A stretch of 46,665 nucleotides of DNA. Source: an uncultured Rhodopirellula sp. (GTDB lineage Bacteria > Planctomycetota > Planctomycetia > Pirellulales > Pirellulaceae). The stretch covers positions 1 through 46,665 of the forward strand of contig CAXGAI010000037.1 of the NCBI GenBank assembly GCA_964007735.1, given 5' to 3'. Under the pieces are notes generated by a model. That model saw nothing but the letters and a program-made list of their open reading frames with translations. It ran no database searches and was not told the DNA's origin. Shown here piece by piece: positions 38,406-46,665 of this stretch (its first letter is position 1; each line of letters starts with the position of its first letter). Made by a program: the position numbers and the translations under genes.

Positions 38406-38644
38406 ATATATATTGAGGTGCTTCTCATTTATAGCTTATCTTATCGGAACAGTAACTCTGTAGCATGCGTGTTCGCCCTGGGGGAAAACACGGGTGGTGT
38501 GACATTTTAAAGCTTGGAATCAGCGACGTTCGTAAGAATTGCGGCGTTTGATAACGTTGTATTTATCGATTCTTGGCTTCGTGACACTATCTACGGGATC
38601 TGTTCGCCAACGGAACACAACTTATCGACTAAATCGGATTGTCA

Positions 38645-40363
38645 ATGGCATCACAACCTAGCGACTATGTAAACGTTCTTCTCAAGCGTAGTCTTGTCAG
38701 CCCGGACCAGGTTACCGAAGCGGAAGCGTTGTCAAAGAACAACAATCTTCCACTAGGCGAAGCGTTGGTCTCATTGAACTATGTAACCAGTGAAGACGTA
38801 TGCCGGGCGATGGCCGAGCACTATGCTCTGGACTTCATTAATCTGGCAGAGATCAAAATCCCCGAATCCATCGTCGAATTAGTACCTGAGACGATCGCTC
38901 GTGAAAATATCACCATCCCGCTTAGCGAAGAAGGGGATGCCTTGCGAGTTATTCTGGCAGATCCGATGGACGTTGAGACTGTCGAAAAACTCCGGTTTAT
39001 CCTGAATCGCCAGATCCAAATCGCATTAGCTCCCCGTTCGAGTATTCTTGAAGCCATCAACCGATACTACGGTCAGTTCGACGGAGAATCGGCTGACTCC
39101 ATGTTGCAGGAATTCACCGACACCGCGATCGACTTTACCGAAACAGAGGATGCGGCCGACGGATTCGATGACGACGATGACAGTAACGGTCCGATTGTTC
39201 GCCTTGTCCACTTGATGATTTCCGAAGCGGTACAACTACGAGCATCAGATGTTCACGTTGAACCCTTTGAAGACCGAATTAGAATTCGTTATCGAATTGA
39301 TGGTCGACTGGTTGAACGTGATAGTCCCCCGCGACGATTATTAGGAGCGATTCTTTCGCGAATCAAGATCCTTGCTGATATGGACATCGCAGAACGTCGT
39401 CGTCCTCAGGATGGTCGTATCAAAATCACGGCGGGTGGTAAGACACTTGACCTACGTGTTAGCGTCCTTCCAACGAACCATGGACAGTCCGTCGTGATGC
39501 GACTGCTAGACCCCGACAATATTAAAATCGGTATTCGTCAACTTGGATTAGGTGAAACAGACTTCCGACTGTTTACCGAACTCATCAAACGACCTAATGG
39601 GATTATTCTTGTAACCGGCCCCACGGGTTCCGGCAAGACAACGACACTCTACGCTGCACTAAATGCAATGAACCGCCCTGACCGTAAGATTATTACGGCG
39701 GAGGATCCCGTTGAGTACTACCTGCCCGGGGTCAACCAAACGGAAGTCCGGCACGATATCGGACTCGACTTCGCCAAAATCATCAAGGCGATGCTTCGTC
39801 AGGCTCCCAATATGATTCTCGTGGGTGAGATGCGAGACCACGAAACGGCATCCATGGGAATTCAGGCTTCTTTGACAGGTCACTTAGTGTTCAGTACCCT
39901 GCATACGAATGACGCACCGAGTGCCATCAGTCGTTTAACGGATATTGGCGTTCCGGGGTATTTGGTCGCTTCCAGTGTCATCGCTGTTTTGGCACAACGT
40001 CTGGTACGTGTCATATGCCCGCGCTGCAAACAACCACACAAGTATTCTCCCGAGGTACTCGAAGAAGCCGGAATCACTGCGGAGATGCTTCAGGGGGCCA
40101 AATTCATGAAGGGTGTCGGTTGCAACCACTGCAATCGCTCCGGTTACCGTGGGCGTATTGCCGTCTATGAAATCATGCGACTGACGTCAAAAGTTCGTGA
40201 GCATATATTCAAAAATTCGACTACAGCTCAGATTCGTGAAACGGCAATTGCAGAAGGTATGTCAACGCTATACCAGGACGGCATCAAAAAAGTTCTGGAA
40301 GGAATTACGACCATCGAGGAAGTATTCCGAGTGACGAAGCAAACTGAACAAGACCAAGAATAA
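38645..40363 (+). CDS. pilB: Type IV pilus / T2SS assembly ATPase (GspE/PilB family), copy 1
   Basis: ASDVHVEP, DIAERRRPQDGRI, GPTGSGKTT, LRQAPNMILVGEMRD, TGHLVFSTLHTND and the Zn site CPRC/CNHC. Confidence 0.9.
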   Translation: MASQPSDYVNVLLKRSLVSPDQVTEAEALSKNNNLPLGEALVSLNYVTSEDVCRAMAEHYALDFINLAEIKIPESIVELVPETIARENITIPLSEEGDALRVILADPMDVETVEKLRFILNRQIQIALAPRSSILEAINRYYGQFDGESADSMLQEFTDTAIDFTETEDAADGFDDDDDSNGPIVRLVHLMISEAVQLRASDVHVEPFEDRIRIRYRIDGRLVERDSPPRRLLGAILSRIKILADMDIAERRRPQDGRIKITAGGKTLDLRVSVLPTNHGQSVVMRLLDPDNIKIGIRQLGLGETDFRLFTELIKRPNGIILVTGPTGSGKTTTLYAALNAMNRPDRKIITAEDPVEYYLPGVNQTEVRHDIGLDFAKIIKAMLRQAPNMILVGEMRDHETASMGIQASLTGHLVFSTLHTNDAPSAISRLTDIGVPGYLVASSVIAVLAQRLVRVICPRCKQPHKYSPEVLEEAGITAEMLQGAKFMKGVGCNHCNRSGYRGRIAVYEIMRLTSKVREHIFKNSTTAQIRETAIAEGMSTLYQDGIKKVLEGITTIEEVFRVTKQTEQDQE

Positions 40364-40392
40364 TAAATCCCTCATCAATTGGATAAAAACTA

Positions 40393-41499
40393 ATGGCAAC
40401 CATTCTGATTGACAAACTACTCAGTGCCTGCGTGAAGCAGGGTGCAAGTGATATCCACATCACCGTAGGTCAACCGCCCGTGTTTCGTTTACACGGACGG
40501 ATGAGGAAACTGGAAACAAAAGTGCTCGAACCGGATGATACGGTGGCATTGATGAAAAGTATTTCCCCTGACCGGTGTCAGCGGGAACTTCAGGAAATGG
40601 GGACTGCGGACTTTGGGTTCGCTTTCGGAGATCAGGCTCGATTTCGAGTTTCTATTTTCAAGCAGCGTGGAAATATCGCCATGGTGCTTCGACAGATTCC
40701 CAACGACAAACTAACCCCCGAACAACTCGGATTAACCGATGCCATCATTCAGTGTGTCATGCGTCCTCGTGGACTGTTTCTGGTAACAGGGCCCACCGGT
40801 TCGGGTAAAAGTACAACTCTTGCGAGTCTGATCAATTATCTCAATGAAACCGTGGACCATCATATCATCACGATTGAAGATCCGATCGAGTTCTATCATG
40901 ATCACAAAAAGTCGACCATTAACCAACGTGAGATCGGAGTGGATACACCGTCATTCTCTGACGCAATTCGTCGTGCTTTGCGACAGGATCCTGATGTGAT
41001 TCTCGTAGGGGAAATGCGGGACCTCGAAACGATTGAAGCTGCAATCACCGCCGCGGAAACCGGTCACGTTGTATTTGGAACGTTACACACTAATAGTGCC
41101 CAGGGAACCATTAACCGTATTATCGATGCTTTCCCTGGAAATCTGCAGGATCAGATTCGAACTCAACTTTCCACCTCCATCATTGGTGTGCTCGCCCAGA
41201 CACTGCTACCTCGCGTCGGTGGCGGACGCGTGGCAGCATACGAAACACTACTTGTGACACCTGCGATCGCGAACCTCATCCGGGAAAATAAAACTTTCCG
41301 TATTAATTCGGCAATCCAAACCGGAGCAAAGTTCGGAATGCAACTGATGGACGATGCACTCTTCGATCTCTGGAAAAAGGAAATCTGTATGGTGGAAGAC
41401 ATCCTCCCTAAAGCTCATCGACCTGAGGATCTGGCAAAGCGTATTGTCGCTGCTCAACAGGGTCTGGAAGTTCCTAAAACCGGGCTAGAAGAAGAATAG
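40393..41499 (+). CDS. pilT: Type IV pilus retraction ATPase
   Basis: GASDIHI, GPTGSGKSTT, LRQDPDVILVGEMRD, AETGH, AIANLIRE (the AIRNLIRE motif) and GMQ. Confidence 0.95.
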   Translation: MATILIDKLLSACVKQGASDIHITVGQPPVFRLHGRMRKLETKVLEPDDTVALMKSISPDRCQRELQEMGTADFGFAFGDQARFRVSIFKQRGNIAMVLRQIPNDKLTPEQLGLTDAIIQCVMRPRGLFLVTGPTGSGKSTTLASLINYLNETVDHHIITIEDPIEFYHDHKKSTINQREIGVDTPSFSDAIRRALRQDPDVILVGEMRDLETIEAAITAAETGHVVFGTLHTNSAQGTINRIIDAFPGNLQDQIRTQLSTSIIGVLAQTLLPRVGGGRVAAYETLLVTPAIANLIRENKTFRINSAIQTGAKFGMQLMDDALFDLWKKEICMVEDILPKAHRPEDLAKRIVAAQQGLEVPKTGLEEE

Positions 41500-41559
41500 A
41501 CTCTGGACACGTCCAAAACTCGATTCGCTAAAACTAAGGCAAGATAAGAGAACCAAATA

Positions 41560-43272
41560 ATGGCAAGACAACTTGGTCAAATCCTGGTCGACATGGGATT
41601 CATCAATGACGACCAACTTGAAATGTTGGTCGAGGAACAATCTCAGCAACCTGGTGTAAAGATCGGGAAAGTCGCTGAAGACATGGGACTGATCATTGAT
41701 ACTCAGTTGGTCCAGGCGCTTGCTGAACAGTTTGATATGCAGATCGTTGATCTGGGAGACATTCAGGTCCAACAAGAAATACTCGACGAAGTCACCGAAG
41801 CGATGGCGCAAATGTATCGAGTCATCCCGTTACAACTCAATGGTAACGCGCTAACATTGGCAACTTCGGCCCCTGAAAACATTACTGTTGCTGACGAATT
41901 ACGTACATTTTTGGGGCGCGACATCAATCTGGTTGTCTGTACCGAACATGAAATCGAAAAAATGCTAGAGGAGTTTTATGACTCCGGGCGTGAAACGATT
42001 GAACGAATTGTTGCCGATCTGGCCGACGACATTGCGCTGAAAGAACAAATCGATGCCTTAACTAGCGGACCGATTGACCTGACGAGCGCTGAATCTCTGG
42101 CAGACAGTGTTCCTGTACGTAAACTTCTTAACATGGTTTTACTTTTGGCCATTAAGGACCACGCTTCGGATGTCCACTTCGAGCCATTCGAAGACGAATT
42201 TCGAATCCGCATCAAAGCTGATGGTGTACTTTATGAAATGGTTCCACCACCTCGTCACCTGGCATTTGCCATCACCACACGCATTAAAGTGATGGCCAAT
42301 CTGGATATCGCCGAACGACGATTACCGCAGGACGGCCGTATTGAACTGGTCGTTGGTGGCCACCCGGTGGACCTGCGAGTGAGTGTCTTACCGACCATGT
42401 TTGGTGAATCGGTGGTAATGCGTGTTCTTGACCGCAGCGTGGTTTCCCTCGATCTGGGAAACGTCGGCATGGACGAACACCTCATGAAACAGTTCCGGGA
42501 AGTTATCGAAAAGCCAAACGGAATCGTGTTAGTGACCGGACCGACAGGTTCGGGAAAAACAACCACTCTCTATTCGGCACTGTCCGAATTAAATCGAATT
42601 GAAGAAAAATTAATTACCACGGAAGACCCGGTCGAGTATGACATCGACGGAATTATTCAGGTTCCGATTAACTCCGACGTCGGAGTGACTTTTGCTTCCT
42701 GCCTGCGAGCTATTTTACGACAGGATCCGGATAAAATTCTGGTCGGGGAAATCCGGGATATTGAGACAGGTGAAATTGCAGTGCAGGCATCTCTGACCGG
42801 TCACCTTGTATTCAGTACGCTACACACAAACGATGCGCCCAGTACGATCACTCGCATGAAGGATATGGGGATTCCCACATTTATGATTTCCGCAACGGTG
42901 GAAGCAATTCTTGCCCAACGTCTTGTACGACGAATTTGCAACAACTGCCGTGAAGAAGCGGAGCCTTCTGATGAAATTCTGACCCAGCTTGGATTTACTG
43001 CCGAGCAAGTTGCCGAAAAGACATTTTATAAAGGCAAGGGGTGTGACCACTGCAATAACTCGGGATACCGTGGACGCGTGGGGCTGTTTGAATTGATGAT
43101 TCTAAACGATCATTTACGCGAGATGATCATGCAGAATGCCTCCACAGATGAGATGCGAGAACAGGCCCGGGAATATGGAATGGTCACACTGCGCGATGCG
43201 GGACTGAGCAAGTTGTGGGAAGGAATTACGACTGCAGAAGAGGTGATTCGTGAAACCATTGTCGATGGATAA
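41560..43272 (+). CDS. pilB: Type IV pilus assembly ATPase with MshEN-like N-terminus, copy 2
   Basis: RQLGQILVDMG N-terminus, DIAERRLPQDGRI, GPTGSGKTT, LRQDPDKILVGEIRD and CNNC/CDHC. Confidence 0.92.
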   Translation: MARQLGQILVDMGFINDDQLEMLVEEQSQQPGVKIGKVAEDMGLIIDTQLVQALAEQFDMQIVDLGDIQVQQEILDEVTEAMAQMYRVIPLQLNGNALTLATSAPENITVADELRTFLGRDINLVVCTEHEIEKMLEEFYDSGRETIERIVADLADDIALKEQIDALTSGPIDLTSAESLADSVPVRKLLNMVLLLAIKDHASDVHFEPFEDEFRIRIKADGVLYEMVPPPRHLAFAITTRIKVMANLDIAERRLPQDGRIELVVGGHPVDLRVSVLPTMFGESVVMRVLDRSVVSLDLGNVGMDEHLMKQFREVIEKPNGIVLVTGPTGSGKTTTLYSALSELNRIEEKLITTEDPVEYDIDGIIQVPINSDVGVTFASCLRAILRQDPDKILVGEIRDIETGEIAVQASLTGHLVFSTLHTNDAPSTITRMKDMGIPTFMISATVEAILAQRLVRRICNNCREEAEPSDEILTQLGFTAEQVAEKTFYKGKGCDHCNNSGYRGRVGLFELMILNDHLREMIMQNASTDEMREQAREYGMVTLRDAGLSKLWEGITTAEEVIRETIVDG

Positions 43273-43371
43273 TACATTTCATACCAAACGTTTTTTCACC
43301 ACCATGTGTTTCTTGCATACAATTAATAACTGATACAAATTCTTCACGCGAAGCCAAGATAGAGTAAAAGA

Positions 43372-44778
43372 ATGCCATCATATCAATTCGAAGCGTTGGA
43401 TCCCACGGGACAGGTTATTCGAGACGTAATCGATGCGCCCACAGAAGAAGAAGCGCATACCACCATCCGGCAAATGGGGTATTTTGTCACCAAACTGAGC
43501 GCCAAGAAAAGTGCTGCCGATACAGCAGTCGGCGGTCGCACTAAGCGCAAAAAACAACTGGCGATGGGTGGAGGCGGTCTCAAAGTACTCACTACCTTTA
43601 CTCGCCAGCTCTCGATCCTTCAGGATGCCGGCCTACCTATTTTGCGGAGTCTGCAAATTCTGGAAGAACAACAGAAGGGTGGCAAACTAAAAAATGCCAT
43701 CATGGATACTTGTGACCATATTGAATCCGGAGACACCCTTAGTGAAGCGATGTCCAAGTGTCCACGAATGTTTGACCGGTTGTACATTAATATGATCAAA
43801 GCCGGTGAAGCTGGGGGGGCCTTGGAAATTATCCTCCAGCGTCTGGCAGACTTTAAAGAACGAGCCATGTCACTTAAACGTAAAGTGATCGGTGCCATGA
43901 TTTATCCAACATTGGTAATCACTATTGCTATCGGTATTCTGGCCTTCATCATGATCATGATCGTTCCCACGTTTGAAGAGATGTTCATCGAGTTCGAGTT
44001 ACCATTGCCGGCGGCGACGGTCCTACTAATCAACATGTCGCACGCTATTTTCAAACTCTGGTTTCTCTTCTTCCTGATACCGATCGGCTTATTAGTGTTT
44101 ATCATTCTCCTCAGGCAGTTTAATTATGGCAAAGTTGGCTGGGACCTGTTTATGCTTCAGATTCCAGTCATCGGTTCACTCGTTGAGAAGAATGTGATGG
44201 CTCGTACTACACGTACTCTGGCAACGCTAATTTCGTCTGGTGTACCGATCCTCGAAGCATTGACAATTTGTCGTGATACGGCTGGTAACGGGATGTTTGA
44301 AAAAATGTACACCCGAGTATCGGAAGGGATTCGTGAAGGGGAACCGATCGCTGTTCCTCTCAACGAAAATTGCCACGCTATCTTCCATCCCATGGCACTC
44401 TTCTTCTGGCTCTTCTTTGGCGGACTGTCCGGAATGATTGTGATGATCATCCCAGGTGATGGAATGCCCACTTTGGGAATGATGATTTCGGGACTCGGAT
44501 GCGTCCTTGGTGCCCTCACTTACATGCTAAGAATGCGACGCCGAATTGTCGATTCACTGATTGTCAATATGGTAGATGTAGGTGAAGAAACTGGTGAACT
44601 CGATACCATGCTGTATAAAGTTGCCGACCAGTATGATGAAGAAGTCCGTACGACAACCGATGGTCTGATGGCGATGATTGAACCGATGATGATCCTGTTC
44701 CTTGGGGGAGCGGTCGGATTTATCGTGATCTCACTGTTCGTTCCTCTGATTTCATTGATGGAAAAACTGTCCGGTTAA
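43372..44778 (+). CDS. pilC: Type IV pilus inner-membrane platform protein (GspF/PilC family)
   Basis: FTRQLSILQDAGLP, MIKAGEAGG, AMIYP and VGEETGELDTML...IEP. Confidence 0.93.
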   Translation: MPSYQFEALDPTGQVIRDVIDAPTEEEAHTTIRQMGYFVTKLSAKKSAADTAVGGRTKRKKQLAMGGGGLKVLTTFTRQLSILQDAGLPILRSLQILEEQQKGGKLKNAIMDTCDHIESGDTLSEAMSKCPRMFDRLYINMIKAGEAGGALEIILQRLADFKERAMSLKRKVIGAMIYPTLVITIAIGILAFIMIMIVPTFEEMFIEFELPLPAATVLLINMSHAIFKLWFLFFLIPIGLLVFIILLRQFNYGKVGWDLFMLQIPVIGSLVEKNVMARTTRTLATLISSGVPILEALTICRDTAGNGMFEKMYTRVSEGIREGEPIAVPLNENCHAIFHPMALFFWLFFGGLSGMIVMIIPGDGMPTLGMMISGLGCVLGALTYMLRMRRRIVDSLIVNMVDVGEETGELDTMLYKVADQYDEEVRTTTDGLMAMIEPMMILFLGGAVGFIVISLFVPLISLMEKLSG

Positions 44779-44911
44779 CGGAGATTCTTTTCCGAGCAAA
44801 CTACTGCGGACTGAAACCCGAACGTAAATACTTATACATTTTTCATAACTACAAACGAATAATAGAAATTGCTGAGGAACTGGCAACACCTCAGCATGAC
44901 GGAGCACTCAA

Positions 44912-45982
44912 ATGAAGCGAAGTTCCACTTTTCACGGCTATCGAAATCAGGGGTTCACTCTGGTCGAAATGCTGATTGTCATTGCAATCATCGGGATACT
45001 CGCCGGAATTCTCATCCCGACCATCGGAGTTGTAAGGAAATCTGCCGCGAATGGTGGTATGGCAATGGAAGTCAATAGCCTTAGTGCAGCGATTGAAACT
45101 TACAAACAACAATACGGCGATTACCCCCCGGACGGATCCAACATTGTCGTTTTCCTACGACATATTGAAGTTGCCTTCCCTAGAATCGCCCCTGCCGAAC
45201 TCAGGGATCTTCGCCTTATGATTGGCGTTGACAATTTGGGAAGAACAAGGCTCGATCCCTCTGAAGCGCTCGTCTTCTTCTTAGGTGGATTTAGCGATGA
45301 CCCCCGCTTCCCCTTTACAGGTGAAGGGGGACCATTCTCCCGTGTAAGACGCAATGCCCTTTTCGATTTCGCAGCAGGCCGGCTGACACAAGGCACCGAA
45401 ATGACCAACATTGGCCCTTTGCTTCCAAATACCAATCCTCAGGGTCTTGCTGTATTAGTTCCTCTGTCCACCGACGAGCAAACATTGTTTGGAGCCAACG
45501 CCAACGATTCCGACATCTTTCCAGCATATGTTCCATCCTCGTCGGATATTCCATTCGTGTATTTTGATCATCGGACTTACATGTCTCGACCTCTTTACAG
45601 TTTGAACGGAACTCCTATTCCACCAGTACAGTATCCACCCATTGGAGCAAAGTTCCTTCAGCAAGGCACACATGACGGATGGGTACGAGCTTATCGTAGT
45701 GATCAGCCACGACAGTCAACAGCAGAAGATATCTACCCTTTCAAGTGGTTAGGAGACGGCACTTTTCAAATCATCTGTGCCGGAGTTGATAACAATCTGG
45801 GAGAGGATCCAACCACTACTGGTCCAACAAGAGTTAACAATCCCAACCAACGAGCATTACCATGGCTAGACGGCAATGGAAATCCTCAACATAAGCAATT
45901 CCCAAGCCAAAAACTGTTTAGTGACGGTGACCGCAGTAATATCGCCAGTTTCAGTGCAGGGGTACTGGAAGGCGGACAATAA
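44912..45982 (+). CDS. Large prepilin-type (class III signal) protein
   Basis: QG-FTLVEMLIVIAIIGILAGILIP cleavage/methylation motif; GspG-like AIETYKQQYGDYPPD. Confidence 0.9.
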   Translation: MKRSSTFHGYRNQGFTLVEMLIVIAIIGILAGILIPTIGVVRKSAANGGMAMEVNSLSAAIETYKQQYGDYPPDGSNIVVFLRHIEVAFPRIAPAELRDLRLMIGVDNLGRTRLDPSEALVFFLGGFSDDPRFPFTGEGGPFSRVRRNALFDFAAGRLTQGTEMTNIGPLLPNTNPQGLAVLVPLSTDEQTLFGANANDSDIFPAYVPSSSDIPFVYFDHRTYMSRPLYSLNGTPIPPVQYPPIGAKFLQQGTHDGWVRAYRSDQPRQSTAEDIYPFKWLGDGTFQIICAGVDNNLGEDPTTTGPTRVNNPNQRALPWLDGNGNPQHKQFPSQKLFSDGDRSNIASFSAGVLEGGQ

Positions 45983-46049
45983 CTAGGCGATCAAACATCG
46001 GAGGGGCTTTTCGATACCGATCAACAGGCATTGGTTGTCTGAGAAATAC

Positions 46050-46665
46050 ATGAATAGAACAATCCAGCCAGATAAAATTTCGTTTCACAGACTGCATAAG
46101 TATTCTGCACGGGGGGGATTTACGCTTATTGAGTTGCTCCTTTCTATCTCCATCGTTGCTATGCTCGCTGCGATGATCACCGTTGGGATGTCAACACTCC
46201 GTCGACAAGCCCAAATTCGTCGCTGCGAACAGCAGGTCAAAAAAATCGACGAGTTAATTCAAACTCGATTCAATGAGCTTATCAATAAACCACTACCACT
46301 ACAGGCACCCGCTTTACCGCAATTGAGTCCTAATCCGACTCCTGTGGAAATCAATTTGGTTACGATTCGAAAACAACAAATCATGACCTGTCGTCGGGAA
46401 TTATTGAGAATGGAAATGCCCGATCGCATTACCGATGTAACCGATCCACACTTCGTCTTCTCTGACGCCTTCAACAACTCCTTTTCAATGCTGACGCCAA
46501 GTAGCTGCTCTGCCTTTCGTCGCAAAGCGACTCTCAATAATACGATGGGCAATACATGGACTGAGGAGCATCAAGGGAGTGAGTGCCTTTATCTCATACT
46601 CTCCATCATGCAGGATCAGGATTCTAACGCATTAGACTTTCTTTTCCCCTCAGAAATTGGGGATA
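46050..46665 (+). CDS. Second prepilin-type protein (partial, runs off the window end)
   Basis: Manual translation from ATG 46050: MNRTIQPDKISFHRLHKYSARGG-FTLIELLLSISIVAMLAAMITVG. It is open to the end of the window and absent from the ORF track. Confidence 0.9.
   Translation, partial: MNRTIQPDKISFHRLHKYSARGGFTLIELLLSISIVAMLAAMITVGMSTLRRQAQIRRCEQQVKKIDELIQTRFNELINKPLPLQAPALPQLSPNPTPVEINLVTIRKQQIMTCRRELLRMEMPDRITDVTDPHFVFSDAFNNSFSMLTPSSCSAFRRKATLNNTMGNTWTEEHQGSECLYLILSIMQDQDSNALDFLFPSEIGD

Noticed and set aside
38601..38617. TGTTC-N7-GAACA as a LexA/SOS box
   Set aside because: The spacer differs from the TGTTC-N4-GAACA form I recall for Verrucomicrobia, and it precedes pilus genes rather than repair genes. 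It is kept only as part of the leader finding.
46111..46117. G7 tract at the prepilin cleavage site as a phase switch
   Set aside because: It is short, in frame and explained by Arg-Gly-Gly codons; read-level length variation would be needed to support it.
38821..46552. Numerous antisense ORFs of 60-120 aa over the pil genes, and similar ones elsewhere in the window
   Set aside because: They are fully nested opposite well-supported genes and have no independent motifs.

Overview
Chromosomal window from a planctomycete, probably Pirellulaceae-like. This is inferred from the DUF1501 and DUF1549/DUF1553 gene expansions, the tandem clpP pair and the large prepilin-type proteins. From left to right it holds: a partial FHA-domain gene with an acidic repeat tail (absent from the ORF track), tRNA-Gly(GCC), and tig-clpP-clpP. 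A ~19 kb minus-strand block follows, made of exported proteins: four Tat-signal DUF1501 proteins, two haem-motif DUF1549/DUF1553 proteins, a beta-propeller/di-haem cytochrome c, ThuA-like, ceramidase-like, Gfo/Idh/MocA and MBL-fold enzymes, and a lipoprotein. Next is an MMPL/RND transporter upstream of a YghO/bCerS-like GNAT acyltransferase and an extended SDR, a candidate ceramide synthesis and export locus. Then come a SEC-C/TPR gene, ribD, a hypothetical gene, a parvulin PPIase and mutY, and finally the start of a type IV pilus operon (pilB-pilT-pilB-pilC plus two large prepilin-type genes, the last partial). I found no CRISPR array, integrase, transposase or prophage. The best leads are the putative bCerS-CerR-MMPL lipid locus, the DUF1501/haem-protein system, a MutY with substituted catalytic and 8-oxoG-sensing motifs, and a two-PilB pilus operon with a PilC membrane insertion and a structured 5' leader. 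All family calls are by eye from motifs; no searches were run.
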